NCBI GenBank assembly: GCA_951406725.2
Contig: OX597835.1
Location: 13,516,001-13,580,000, forward strand
Length of the DNA stretch: 64,000 bases
Source of the DNA: Octopus vulgaris
Lineage: Eukaryota
Direction of reading: 5' to 3'
Both the position numbers and the translations under genes were made by a program. The notes beneath the pieces are model-generated. The model saw only the letters and a list, made by a program, of their open reading frames with translations. It searched no databases and was not told where the DNA came from. Of this stretch, positions 1 through 14,639 are shown in pieces (within the stretch, counting starts at the first letter, position 1; the number at the start of each line of letters is the position of its first letter).

Positions 1-529
1 TAAAAAACTGTTCAATAAATTTTCATGAGTCAGTATATTAGACTGATTATATTATTTGAATAATATTACAAATATAGTCTCATAACAGCCAATTCAAGTT
101 ACCGAATGGTTTCATGTTGAAGAACCTTCTAACTGAAGAGAGATTATTTAACAGTTTTCAGGTAGAACTGAATGGAAAACTAAAACTGGGCTTCTTTATT
201 ATATTTTATGGTGTAATTCAGAGACACAACTTGTTTGATGGTTTTCGATGATGCGAGTGGCATTGTTTTTCGGGTATCAGTTTTCTTGCTACCAGTGCTA
301 ATCAGCTTGGTATGTCTATCAGTCTGTTCGGAATGCTTGCTGCTAAAGGTCAGTGAGATAACTCCAGTAAAGGTTGACCTCTTGGGCCCCAGTATCCAAC
401 AATCGAGTTCATTCTCTGTGTTTTCTTTCATGAAGCTTTTAAATAACAGGTTCTATGTGTGTATATACACATGTATGTATATGTGTGTGTATCTTGCATA
501 TATATATATATATATATACACACATATTT

Positions 530-573
<44 letters not shown>

Positions 574-1071
574 TATTTATAATGTGTGTGTATATATATA
601 TATATATATGTGTGTGTATATAAATAGTTGTGTGTATAAATACATGCGTTTGTGTGTGTGTGTGTGTGTGTAATGCATGTATGTATATGTATATATTTAT
701 ATACATGTATTTGTATGTGTGTGTGTGTGTATTTTATACACAAACACACAATGATGTATTAGTGTGTATACATACATAGCGTGTGAATATGCATGTATGT
801 AATGTGTGTTTGTGTTTGTGTGTGTGTGTGTGTGTGTGCGTGTGTCCTTATTTATTCTCTAATCCAAATAGAATCCTTATCTGCCACGGAAAAGATCTCA
901 ATCATTCCTTTCTTAACTCTGACCTTTCTGAGATCATCCTCGATTCAACGATACAAAGTTCCTGTTTCAAAGTGATCTAAATGGATACCTACCATCAAAA
1001 TTCCATGCTAATTTGTTCCAAACATGAGTTTAATAAAGACAAAGTTGGTTTACTAAATGTTTCTGTACTAT

Positions 1072-1697
1072 CATCATCATCATCATCATCATCATCATCG
1101 TTTAACGTCCGCTTTCCATGCTAGCATGGGTTGGACGGTTTGACTGTGGGCTGGCGAACCAGATGGCTGCACCAGGCTTCAATCTTGATCTGGCAGAGTT
1201 TCTACAGCTGGGTGCCCTTCCTAATGCCAACCACTCCGAGAGTGTAGTGGGTGCATTTTACGTTCCACTGGCACAGGGCCAGTCAGGCGGCACTGGCAAT
1301 GACCTAGCTCGAATCTTTTAAACGTGCCACTGGCGTGGGTGCCAGTAAGGCGATGCTGGTAACGATCACGCATGAAAGGTGTTTTTTACATGCCACCTGC
1401 ACAGAGGCCAAACAGCCGCTCTGGCAATGATCACGCTTGATATGGCAGAGTTTCTACAGCTGGATGCCCTTCCTAACGACAACCACTCCGAGAGTCTAGT
1501 GGGTGCTTTTGCGTGTCACCGGCACATGGGCCGGTCAGGCGGCACTGGCAACGACCTAGCTCGAATCTTTTACACATGCCACTGTCATGGGTGCCAGTAA
1601 GGCGACGCTGGTAACGATCACGCTTGAAAGGTGTTTTTTACGTGCCACCAGCACGGAGGCCAGATAACCGCTCTGGCAATGATCACGCTCGGATGGT
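1072..1697 (-). mobile_element. RTE LINE 3'-end fragment with internal ~250-bp tandem duplication
   Basis: (cat)n-cgtttaacgtccgctttccatgctagcatgggttggacgg is the reverse complement of the LINE end at 52270-52343. 1190-1440 is repeated at 1442-1695. Other tail fragments are at ~3410-3550 (+), 4650-4805, 39330-39470, 42880-43150, 45395-45660, 55890-56195 and 57075-57235 (-). Confidence 0.8.
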
Positions 1698-1979
1698 AAA
1701 CAAAATTAATTGAATCAAAGATTTTGTGTTTTAACAGAAATATGGTTGCAATAAGGATTAAAGTGAATGAAATGAAAACCTTCCATTGAAATTCCATGTT
1801 CGTTTATGTTCCAAACACTAGCTTAATACCGACAAAGCTATTTTGCTAAATTCTTAGCCATTTTCGCAATTAATTGAAATGAATGTATGTATGTCAGCAG
1901 GGTGAGAATGATTTAAATTAAAACCTTCTATCAAAATTCCATGTCAACTTATGTTCAAAACTCAAGTTTTCACAAGGTG

Positions 1980-2157
1980 CAGGAGTGGCTGTGTGGTAAG
2001 TAGCTTGCTTACCAACCACATGGTTCCGGGTTCAGTCCCACTGCGTGGCACCTTGGGCAAGTGTCTTCTACTATAGCCTCAGGCCGACCAAAGCCTTGTG
2101 AGAGGATTTGGTAGACGGAAACTGAAAGAAGCCCGTTGTATATGATGATGATGATGA

Positions 2158-2209
<52 letters not shown>

Positions 2210-2420
2210 TTGTGTGTCTGTGTTTATCCCCCTAACATCACTTGACAACTGATGCTGGTGTGTTTACATCCCCGTAACTTAGCGGTTCGGCAAAAGCGAC
2301 CGATAGAATAAGTACTAGGCTTACAAAGAATAAGTCCTGGAGGTCAATTTCCTTGACTAAAGGCAGTGCTCCAGCATGGCCGCAGTCAAATGACTGCAAC
2401 AAGTAAAAGAGTAAAAGAGT
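1980..2420 (+). mobile_element. tRNA-derived SINE family A, full length
   Basis: A-box TGGCTGTGTGG, B-box GGTTCAGTCCC, internal microsatellite, and tail ...tgactgcaacaagtaaaagagtaaaagag. Many related copies in the window. Confidence 0.85.
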
Positions 2421-2937
2421 AATAATGATTAAATATTTTTCTAAATTCTTCTTTGTTATCAAAATTAATTAGAACAAAGAAGGTGTATTTCAGCAAAAAA
2501 TGTGGCAACAGATGGGTTAAACCATTCAATTCTGTATAAAATTTTTTCACAAAACACACAGCTTTTACAATCAATCAGTTTCCTGTTATGAAATACATAA
2601 TATATTGCAGATAAATTCTTGCTTATGACATTCTTTTAAATCTGACAGAATATAGAATAGCATCAGGTGCTTTCGGTGGCTGGCACAGGTGACTGGTGGG
2701 TTCCGTTGGAATTATTTTACGCTTCTGGTGTTATACTGCACCAATCAAAGTCAATGGAAGACTTTTGAGTATTGCAAGTTTGGCTTAATGCCTTCATACA
2801 TACATGTGTGTGTGTGTGTGTATGTGTATATACACACACATACATATATATACATAGATGTGTGTATGTGCATGTGTGTGTATGTTTTATATATGTATAT
2901 GTATATATATGTGTATATGTATACATTCATATATGTA

Positions 2938-2975
<38 letters not shown>

Positions 2976-4100
2976 GACACATACACATATGCATATGTAT
3001 ACATCTATCTATCTATCTATCCATCTATCTATCTAGGCTTACAAAGAATAAATCCTGGGGTCGATTTGCTTGACTAAAGGTGGTGCTCCAGCATGGCCGC
3101 AGTCAAATGACTGAAACAAAAAAAAAGGGAATAAATTCATTTTAAAGGCACAACTATGGCAATGTGGTAAGAAGCTTGCTTCCCAACGACATGGTTTTGG
3201 GTTCAGTCCCACTGTGTGGCACCTTGGACATGCATCTTCTGCTATAACCCTGGGTCGGCCAATGCCTCATGAGTGGATTTGGTAGAAGGAAATCTAAAGA
3301 AGCTCATCGTATATAGCTGTGTGTGTGTGTGTGTGTGTCTTTTTCTTGACATCATGTGATAGTCGTAAATGAGTGTCACTGTTTTTTCGAGCAGTGTTAC
3401 TCTTGGGAACAGGTGAGGGTTGGTGACGGGAAGGGCATCCAGCCATAGAAAACCTGCATCACTAAACATGGGGAAAATGGACGTTAAAGCAATGACAGTG
3501 ATGATGTCGATGATGATGATGATGATGATGATGATGACGACGATGATGATGATGACAGCGATGATAAAGATGATCTATTATCGCTTTTGTTGTGCTGTTG
3601 TCATTGTTATTGTTCTTTTACTGTCAAAGATGGTAAACTAGAAGAATCTGTTTAATAAAGAACCGCTGTGAGGCTAAAGATAAGAGATAATTATCAGAAA
3701 TCAACCTGTATAAGCGATGGCATTTAGATGAGTGGTTCCTGTGCAAAGTACACAGCTTCCTTTGAAAGATCAACTCTCCTGATCTATGTCAGTTAAACTT
3801 GTCTCTCATTCTGTCTCTCGCTCTCTCTTTTTCTTCTCTTGCCATCGCATGATTAATGCTATAGAAAATACACGTTGCATTTGTGTGTATCAACCGAATG
3901 CATTGGGACGACGTCAGTGCCAGGGTTGTTTTCGGGTGTCTTGGGTTTGGTAGTGTGTCTCGCAAATTGCTTCTGTCGTGTACTGCACCTCCGCTGTGTG
4001 TCACACAGAAATAGGGCACTGACAATGGAAAGATCTAGCAACACACACTCACACACACACACACATGTTTGCCTGTCTATCTATATGTGTGTGTGTATAC

Positions 4101-4139
<39 letters not shown>

Positions 4140-4213
4140 GCCATGTTGATTCGCTAGCCTCTGCACGCATTTTTTTTCTCTCCTTCTTTCTCTCCGTGTT
4201 TCTTTTCTGTGTA

Positions 4214-4251
4214 TCTTTCTGTTGAAGAGCGTAGGCTCGAAACGTAAAAGA
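4214..4251 (+). ncRNA. Variant minimal hammerhead-like motif
   Basis: tcttt CTGTTGA a gagc-gtag-gctc GAAA cg TA aaaga: 5-bp stem I, 4-bp stem II, ACGT stem III. The conserved A6 is replaced by U. Confidence 0.5.
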
Positions 4252-4858
4252 CTTGTTTTATTTATATTCCTGAGCGCCATACTAATACAATTGTTTGTTT
4301 GTACTCCACCTGCCTTCGTCTTTTGTTTATTTTCATAAAGCTTCCCGTTATGTATATATATGTATACACACGCAGTGGGACTGAACCCGGAATCATGTGG
4401 TTGGTAAGTAAGCTACTTACCACACAGCCACTCCTGACTAAAATCTTTCAAGTTGGCATCCAAGCATGGCTGCAATCCAATGACAAGAGCATGCAAACAA
4501 TAGAAGATATACATACATATATATAGAGATAAATATGGGTAGATATACAGACAGACATCATCGTTTAGCATCTGCTTTCCATATTGGCATATATATATAC
4601 ATACACACAGGAATATATATGAACATATATATATATATACATACACACAGTCTGATCTGGTGGTGTTTCTACAGCTGGATGCCCTTCCTAATGCCAACCA
4701 CTCCATAAGTGTAGTGGGTGCTTTTTATGTGCCACTGGCACAGGGCCAGGGGAGACTGTCAACAGCCACAATCGGTTGGTGCTTTTTACATGCCACCAGC
4801 ATGGGAAATATATATATATACACACACACACTCACATGTATATATATATATATGTATG

Positions 4859-4895
<37 letters not shown>

Positions 4896-6036
4896 TATAT
4901 CATCATCATCATCATCATCGTTTAGCGTCCGTTTTAATGAATTTAGTCCTATACCACCTGTGATTTTGCACTTACTAAATTCATTTTTTAAATGTCTTGC
5001 TTTGAAAAACTGCATTGGGTATGATTAATGAAATTTTGGTAGTAATGACTTATGTCCCTCTTAGTGTGAGGCATTTATGTGTAATAATGCCCTCTATATA
5101 ATATAAATTAATATGTTCAAAAGAAAAAAATTATTTTCGAATTTTTCTCTTATGAGGTTTTTCACGCTAACTACCTGATAATTTCTTGTTAAGATTCCTT
5201 ATTAAGAAGTTATCCTTAATTGTTAAATATATATATATATATATATATATACGCACACACACACACAAATATACACACATATGTATGCACATATATACAT
5301 TCATATACACACACACACTCACACAGAAGCATAAATATTCAACGTTGCCGGTAATAAATATTTATTTGCTGTTCTTTATCTTCTTCACAGCTTTCCCAGA
5401 TTTGTAACATATCTCCACCGTTAAAAGTCAAATATTTGCCAAAAACCACTCATATTTGCACCAACAGCGCTTGCTTCACCTTAGTCACCTTTTAAAATTC
5501 TAAACAGTATGACTTAGAAAAGTCTGCTTTCTACCCTATTCACCAATATTGTGATAAATTCATCTCTTCTGATTCCAAGTATTTTAAACCATTTTGATAC
5601 TAACTCACCAGAATCCGCTCTTGCTTCCATGATACAAATTTTTCTAGTTTAAAGTGATCTAAAAACCTTCCTTCAAAATTTCCTGCTAATCTTTGTTCCA
5701 AACATCAGCTTGATAATGACAAAGTTAATTTATGGAATTCTTTGTTATTTTCGAAATTAATTGGAAGAAAGGCAGATTATTTTAAAAGAAATATGGTAAC
5801 AAAAGGATTAACTCTTTTGATACTGATCTGCCTGAAGCTGGCCCTGGTTCTGTGTTACAGACTTCCTGTCTTAAAGTGATGTGAATTAAAATTTCCCATC
5901 AAAATTTCTTGTTATGTTTCAAGCACTTGTTTCATAATGAAGAGGTTATTTTATTTAATTCCTCTTCATTGCCAAAATTAATTGAGACAAATGCAGTGTA
6001 TTTCAAGAGAAATATGGTAAATGGTATTATTTATTA

Positions 6037-6816
6037 AGGCGGCAAGCTGGCTGAAATGTTAGCACGCCAGGCAAAATGCTTAGCGGTATTTCGTCTGCGT
6101 TACGTTGTGAGTTCAAATTCCGCCGAGATCGACTTTGCCTTTCATCCTTTCGAGGTCGATAAATTAAGTACCAGTAACGCACTGGGGTCGATGTAATCGA
6201 CTTAATACCTATGTCTGTCCTTGTTTGTCCCCCTCTGTGTTTAGCCCCTTGTGAGTAATAAAGAAATAGGTATTTCGTCTGCGTTACGTTGTGAGTTCAA
6301 ATTCCGCCGAGGCCGACTTTGCCTTTCATCCTTTCGAGGTCGATAAATTAAGTACCAGTAACGCACTGGGGTCGATGTAATCGACTTAATACCTATGTCT
6401 GTCCTTGTTTGTCCCCCTCTGTGTTTAGCCCCTTGTGGGTAATAAAGAAATAGGTATTTCGTCTGCGTTACGTTGTGAGTTCAAATTCCGCCGAGGCCGA
6501 CTTTGCCTTTCATCCTTTCGAGGTCGATAAATTAAGTACCAGTAACGCACTGGGGTCGATGTAATCGACTTAATACCTATGTCTGTCCTTGTTTGTCCCC
6601 CTCTGTGTTTAGCCCCTTGTGGGTAATAAAGAAATAGGTATTTCGTCTGCGTTACGTTGTGAGTTCAAATTCCGCCGAGGCCGACTTTGCCTTTCATCCT
6701 TTCGAGGTCGATAAATTAAGTACCAGTAACGCACTGGGGTCGATGTAATCGACTTAATACCTATGTCTGTCCTTGTCTGTGTTTAGCCCCTTGTGGGTAA
6801 TAAAGAAATAGGTATT
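6037..6816 (+). mobile_element. SINE family B head followed by four tandem 184-bp bodies
   Basis: GGTATTTCGTC recurs at 6085, 6269, 6453 and 6637; the units are nearly identical. Confidence 0.92.
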
Positions 6817-6849
6817 ATTTTAGCACAAATACATGGATGATTGCAGATG

Positions 6850-7700
6850 TTATTTTGAAACAGACCAAACCAGGAGCTGAAAACATCATTTAAACATTTG
6901 TGGCTTTTCTTGGGTGATTTGAAAGTTCCAGAAATGTTCTCATCTTCATAGCACATTGATAACAGTGAAATCTATCGCATGTACCAATATCTAGGCTGCA
7001 CGAGAATTTTGTACTTAATGGAACAGAAGTAGATATTCACCAAATCTACTTTTTAATGGAGAGGAATCTGGGTTACTTTGAATGTGTTTATTCACTGAGA
7101 ATTTTATCTCATGGGAGGGGAAAATGCACCAGGATATAAAAACAGTAAAAACAGAAAAAAAAAAAAGAGAAAAGAAATATCATCTCATGTTGTCTGGAGC
7201 AAATGCCATTGGGGACTTGAAACTTAAACTTTTACTAGCTTACCATTCTGGTACTCCAAGAACAGTATCTCCAAATATAGCCAGTTTAAAGGAAATGTAA
7301 GAGGAAATCTTGGGTTTCATAGAATTTATTTGTTGAATGTTTCTGCTCTGCTGTCAAATTTTATTGTGAGAAGGATAATTTCAAGCCAAAGGCATGTTCT
7401 GACTTTAGACAATGTTCCTGGCCATTCTTCAAATCCCCCTTCACTCCAAACATGTGTACGTGTGCACATGCATACATACTGCTACAGCCTGTGGCTCAAG
7501 AGTTATTTCCATTTTCAAGGAATCTCTTCTTAGAAGAACTTTCAAATCACATGATTACAGCAGCAAATGATGGATATCAGTCTGTCAAAGAATTCTGATA
7601 AAAATTACATTATGGAAGCAATAAAAAAAATATTAAGGATATTTTGGAAGAAGTTAAACATAAATGTCTCGTTGGGGCTTGGACATAACTGTATTCAAAT
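6850..7700 (+). mobile_element. Tigger/pogo transposase remnant
   Basis: Fragments FNGEESGLL, GANAIGDLKLKLLLAYHSGTPR and LTLDNVPGH resemble the Tigger motifs FNxDETGL, GANAAGDFKLKP and LLLDNAPGH. Confidence 0.75.
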
Positions 7701-9146
7701 GGAATTATGAACAACCTCAGTGTAAAAACAAGAGGCTGCAATTACTAAAAGAAGTATATACTTCAAATAGAGTAGGCCTAAATACTTACAAAACAGAAAT
7801 TCCTCGATAAAAAATTGCATGTAATTCAAAGAAACAAATACAGGAAAGAAATAGCAATGCATAAATGGTGTGGGAATGTAGCATTTAAAGAATTTGCTCC
7901 GAGTGGTTTTCAAGATTTATTGCCATGTTTTATCGGAACCTTCAGCTATGAAGACTTTAACCCTTTGGTATATCATATCTGGCCTAATCCGACTAAAAAA
8001 TATTCTACATAAAAGAATTTCTTGTTGAAAATGGTCAAATCCGACCTCTCGCACCTACCCTACAATGTCACTCCCAAAATAAATGATCATACCATTCAAA
8101 TCTCGAAGCTTTGAGATAATACGAGATTAATTTCAAACAGTGCGGATAAGTAAGGATTACATGTGACGGAGGAATACTTTTTTTACCTTTTAGCTATCAG
8201 TTGTTTCAGCCATTTGACTGTGGCCATGCTGGAGCCCTGCTCTGAAGAAATTTTGGACAAATGAACCAACCCCAGTACTTATTTGATTTTTCTTTTAAGC
8301 GTAGCACTTATTCTATCTGTTTTACTGAACCACTGAGTTACAGGGACAGAAACAAACCAACACTGGTTGTCAAGCAGTGGTGGGGGACAGACACAAAGAC
8401 ATATACACACACACATCATCATCATCATGAGTATATATATATATGTATACATATATATATATGTATAATATATATGTATGTGTGTGTGTGTATGAATAGA
8501 CGCTTTCATCAGAGAAAGATAGCTGTATAAGAAAATACCATCATCATCATCATCATCTTCATTATAGTCATCAGTAACTTGTAGTATAAGTAGGTTTTGA
8601 GGTGGTAGGATATCATATTTAAGCGGTCATAATTACACGAATAATGACGACGATGATGATGATGATGATGATGATGATGACATGATAATCTTTATATATA
8701 TATATATAGATATGTATATTTGCCTTCAGGGCCCATTAATTCCGACAGAAACATGTTCCAAGCAGGTTAGAGGATGTGTAAAGATGTACAGAGACTTATG
8801 TTAGAATGGAAAGGGGGTGGGCCGGGGTGAGGGTGTGGTGGGGGGACATAATGTGATATGTAGGAACATATTAAAAAATGCTAAATAAACACAGATAAAT
8901 TTACCATAGACAAATATATGTATCTGTATGTGTGTGTGTGAATGTGTGTGAATGTGTGTGTGTGGGTGTATATGCATGTAGGATTATACATATTTATAGA
9001 AGTATGTGTATATGTACATATGTGTGAATTGTGTGTGTGTGTATGTACATGTGTATCATATGCATGCATACACATGGTCACACATATATGTATGTACCCA
9101 TATATGTGTGTGTATATATGTGTGTATATACATATATATATATACA

Positions 9147-9225
<79 letters not shown>

Positions 9226-9439
9226 ACACACATATAAATTGATATAAAATAAATAAGAGCAAATAAGATTAAGCCACTCATGCGCAACTGAGAAGCCGAC
9301 TGTGAGATGAAAGGAGCACCCTTTCACTCTGATCCTCTTCCATTTATGGAAAGGTTCCAATGAGCCCCTTGGCTCTTCTACAAGACAAGAATCCTACCAT
9401 GCCATCTTAGGCAGAGCCCATCTCCTCCTCATATACTCT

Positions 9440-9855
9440 TCTACTCTTTACTCTTTTACTTGTTTCAGTCATTTGACTGCGGCCATGCTGGAGCACCGCG
9501 TTTAGTCGAGCAAATCGACCCCGGGGCTTATTCTTTGTAAGCCCAGTAACTTATTCTATCGGTCTCTTTTGCCGAACCGCTAAGTGACGGGGACGTAAAC
9601 ACACCAGCATCGGTTGTCAAGCAATGCAAGGGGGGACAAACACAGACACACAAACATATACACACATATACACATATATATACATATATACGACAGGCTT
9701 CTTTCAGTTGCCGTCTACCAAATCCACTCACAAGGCTTTGGTCGGCCCGAGGCTATAGTAGAAGACACTTGCCCAAGGTGCCACGCAGTGGGGACTGAAC
9801 CCGGAACCATGTGGTTGGTAGACAGGCTACTTACCACACAGCCACTCCTGCGCCT
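9440..9855 (-). mobile_element. SINE family A, full length
   Basis: Reverse-complement match to 1980-2420 along its length. Confidence 0.85.
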
Positions 9856-10572
9856 ATATATCTATATATCTATACACTATTTCTGTTCTTCAGTTCCCGT
9901 AGTTCTTCGGCTATTTTTAAGGAATCTAAAACTTTCTGCCATTCCTCGGCTCCTTCTATCTTTCATATTTGTCTTCAGTTTCAGATTGCATTTTGTAAAA
10001 AAAAAAATATAAAAACTTATTTAGTAACTACTTCATCTGATAGTCTTTTTCTTTTTGTTTTTTTTCTCTACTTTTAGATTTTTTTATTTTGTTTTTGTTT
10101 TTTTTTTTTCTAGTTTTAGATATTTTTATTTTGTTTTTAATTTTTTTTTCTCCATTTCTTTACTGGGTCATCTAAATCTTTATGAGGGAATTTGGTAGAC
10201 AGAAACTGAAAAATAATAGCATCCAGCTGTAGAAACCCTACAAACCATCCATTCCATAACAGCATGGGAAAAAAGGACTGCTGCTGCTGATGATGATGAT
10301 GATGATGATCATGATGATGATGCTGGTGGTGCTGCTGCTGTTGCGGGCCTCTTTAGTGGGATTGGCTACTTGACCTGGAGAAGATTCTAGCTGGGCCCCA
10401 CCTGCAAGGTCATGCGCTGTTTATTTTGATTTGAGATCACCATGTCGCACACATATGGTTGTGATGCATGCGTCTGGTGTACCCTTATCAGACGGGTAGT
10501 CATGAGGGGTATACTGGGCTTCGTATATTTTACCCCAGTGTCACTTTGATGGCATGCACTGCTGTCTCGCTC

Positions 10573-10912
10573 AATAATAATAATAATGATAATAATAATA
10601 ATAATAAGAAGAAGAAGAAGAAGAAGAATGATGATGATGATGATGATGATAATGATAATAATAATAATAATGATAATAATAATAATAATAATAAGAAGAA
10701 GAAGAATGATGATGATGATGATGATAATGATAATAATAATAATAATAAGAAGAAGAATGATGATGATGATGATGATAATGATAATAATAATAATAAGAAG
10801 AAGAAGAATGATGATGATGATGATGATGATAATGATAATAATAATAATAATAAGAAGAAGAATGATGATGATGATGATGATAATGATAATAATAATAATA
10901 ATAATAATGATA
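10573..10912. repeat. (AAT)n(AAG)n(GAT)n compound repeat, five cycles
   Basis: Direct inspection; it grows from the (AAT)n tail of the preceding element. Confidence 0.9.
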
Positions 10913-11515
10913 TCATTAATATGTGTGTGTGTGTGTGTGTGTGTGTGATTATATAGGCATGGCTGTGTCGTAAGAAGCTCGCTTCCCAACCACATGGTTC
11001 CAGGTTCAATCCCACTGCATGGCACCTTGGGCAAGAGTTTTCTACTATATCTATGCATGTATCTCTGTGTTTGTCTTGGACTGCTGCTGCTGCTACTGAT
11101 GGTTGCGGTGATGGTGGTGGTGGTAATGATGATGCTGATGATGATGATGTGATGGTGGTGGTGGTGGTGGTGGTGGTGGTGTCAATGCGGATGACGATGA
11201 TGATGATGATGGCTGTGGATGATGATAACAATGGTGATGATGATGATAACGGCTGTGAATGCTGATGATGGTTGTGGATGCTGCAGATGCTGATGATGAT
11301 GAATGATGGTTGTGATGGTGGTGATGCTGCTGGTGATGATGACAATAACTTAGCCCATATCTAACACCTCCCTCTGATGTGCAACTCTAGCAAAAACCTT
11401 TTGTTGTTGCTTTTGTTGTAGACATGGCGGTTTATTGCTGCTTACCAAAGTGCCAAAGTGTAAGACTGCATTGACATACACACTGGTTTCGAGGTTTGTC
11501 ATTATGTCTGTGTGT

Positions 11516-11565
<50 letters not shown>

Positions 11566-11864
11566 CATTTTGTTTTTCGCAAAAATGAAAATGTCTGAAT
11601 TAGCATGTTGTTTAAATGTCGTTATTTTTCCTATGTTTCTGTGTATTTCAAAAAAAAAAAACAAAAACTTGTTCACTTGTCGCTTCATTGAAAGTGCCAT
11701 ATGTCTGTCTAGCGCCTCTCCACCCCTCCACCTCCACTTCAGAAGAAGAAGAAGAAGCAGAAGAAGAAGGAAGAAGAGGAGGAGTAGAAGCCATGTTAAA
11801 ACATTATTGTCATTGCCATTATCACCATCAACCTAATATCACTGCCATTGTTACCGCCATCATC

Positions 11865-11882
11865 AATACCATCACCACCACC

Positions 11883-11916
<34 letters not shown>

Positions 11917-13265
11917 TCACTACTACCACCATTGTCATCGTCATCACTATCACCACCACCACCACTATGATCATCATCATTACCACCACCACTACCACCA
12001 CCACCACAACCATCATCATCATCACTACTACCACCATTGTCATCGTCATCACTATCACCACCACCACCACTATGATCATCATCATTACCACCACCACTAC
12101 CACCACAACCATCATCATCATCATCACTACTACTACCATTGTCATCGTCATCACTATTACCACCACCACTACCACCACCACCACAACCATCATCATCATC
12201 ACTACTACCACCATTGTCATCGTCATCACTATCACCACCACCACCACTATGATCATCATCATTACCACCACCACCACAACCATCATCATCATCACTACTA
12301 CCACCATTGCCATCGTCATCACTATCACCACCACCACTATGATCATCATCATTACCACCACCACCACCACCACTACCACCACCACCACAACCATCATCAT
12401 CATCACTACTACCACCATTGTCATCGTCATCACTATCACCACCACCACCACTATGATCATCATCATTACCACCACCACCACAACCATCATCATCATCACT
12501 ACTACCACCATTGCCATCGTCATCACTATCACCACCACCACTATGATCATCATCATTACCACCACCACCACCACCACAACCATCATCATCATCACTACTA
12601 CCACCATTGTCATCGTCATCACTATCACCACCACCACCACTATGATCATCATCATTACCACCACCACTACCACCACAACCATCATCATCATCATCACTAC
12701 TACCACCATTGTCATTGTCATCACTATCACCACCACCACTATGATCATCATCATTACCACCACCACCACCACCACTACCACCACCACCACAACCATCATC
12801 ATCATCACTACTACCACCATTGTCATCGTCATCACTATCACCACCACCACCACTATGATCATCATCATTACCACCACCACTACCACCACGACCATCATCA
12901 TCATCATCACTACTACCACCATTGTCATCGTCATCACTATCACCACCACCACCACTATGATCATCATCATTACCACCACCACTACCACCACGACCATCAT
13001 CATCATCATCACTACTACCACCATTGTCATCGTCATCACTATCACCACCACCACCACTATGATCATCATCATTACCACCACCACTACCACCACAACCATC
13101 ATCATCATCATCACTACTACCACCATTGTCATCGTCATCACTATCACCACCACCACTATGATCGTCATCATTACCACCACCACCACCATCATCACCACAA
13201 CCACCACAATCATCATCATCACCACCAACACCACCACCAACATCATCACTATCATCATCACCACC
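11865..13265. repeat. Compound trinucleotide (CAC/CAT/TAC) array with ~90-bp higher-order unit
   Basis: The anchor attgtcatcgtcatcactatcacc recurs about 15 times. Confidence 0.92.
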
Positions 13266-14526
13266 CTCTTATTTTCATTCTCTTCCCTATCAGCCAATTA
13301 AGTCGAGGGTGGTGTGGGTACGGGGGGGTGAGAAAGCTCCACCCCCACCACCCCACTGTCAACAACAACAACAGCAACAACAACAACAACCTCGTTCAAG
13401 TAGTAAATAATTTGTGCCTGTTTGGTCACATGATCAAAACAGAACCAAAACATAAAACAGGATTTCAGATTCTCTACAAATTCCGATCCTTTCCGTTTTT
13501 TACTTCTTTATTTGTTTGTTTACTTTGTTTTTCATTTTTATTTTTGATTTATTAATTTGGGGGTTTTTTATATTTTTTTTGTTTTTTTTTTGCCAATCCT
13601 CCTAACATTTTGTTTGTATAAAACATTTTAGATTTCTTTTTTGAAACAGACATACTTCCTATTTTAGGGCTGAAGTGGTCTGGAGGTATGCTCCTGTGGC
13701 AGTGGTGGTGCCAGTGGTTGTGGTGGTCGTGGTGATGATAGTGGATGAGGTGGTGGTGTTTATTAAACTCACACCCATCCCCAACGTTACCTTTGCTTCA
13801 CTTCACCTGTTCTACTGGACTTTCAGATTTTACCATAAACCCCTGGCATTGGAACCAAGAGGAGTTGTTAGCCCCTGTCCGAGATGCTACCTCAATTTCC
13901 ATAACAAACAAGTGACTTCATGTCTCTTTAAACAGGCTAATATTGAAGGGCTTCCTGCACTGTACCCAAAGCATATTCCAGACTTCAATCGGTCAAGGCT
14001 GGCCATTCATCTCACATGTATGAGCAAGCCTGGGTCAGATTTTTTGGAGGAAGACTGTAAGCTGCACACACCTCTCAGTCTTCCCTCTCCGTGTTTCCAA
14101 TGGTTACCTATGGGAAAAGTCCTTAAATTGGGCCAATACAACTTGGCATCAGATTTGTTGCAGGTGTTGCTGTCAGAACTTCAAAGAGCCAGAACAGGCA
14201 CCACAATGTATTTCACTACTTTTTTTTTTTCATGGCCCCCACCAAAAGCACGCGCATCAAAGTTGACCCTCACAAGGTTTTAACTCAAGTTGCAAATTGT
14301 AATAAATACTGCAAGACATTCTGTCCAATGTTCCAATGCTCCAGTGACTGCCAGTTTATATATGTATATATATAAAAGAATGCAAAAAATGGAACAAGAA
14401 CGCAATAGGCAACAACAAAACATCCAGACAGTTAAAAGGACAAAAAAAAAAACAAGGACGGGTCATTTGAAGTTTTCCATCTTCAGTCGAGTTCCGGATC
14501 TTCTCAGTAGTTTCGGCTGGTTATAC

Positions 14527-14570
<44 letters not shown>

Positions 14571-14639
14571 GGAGTAAACACATAAATGTGAAACAAGGTG
14601 GAAAAAAGAGTACTCAAATACCAGTGGTAGAGTAATATG

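Noticed and set aside
13675-14283. 202-aa ORF in non-microsatellite sequence
   Set aside because: Non-ATG start and no recognisable motif; possibly decayed TE sequence but I cannot assign it.
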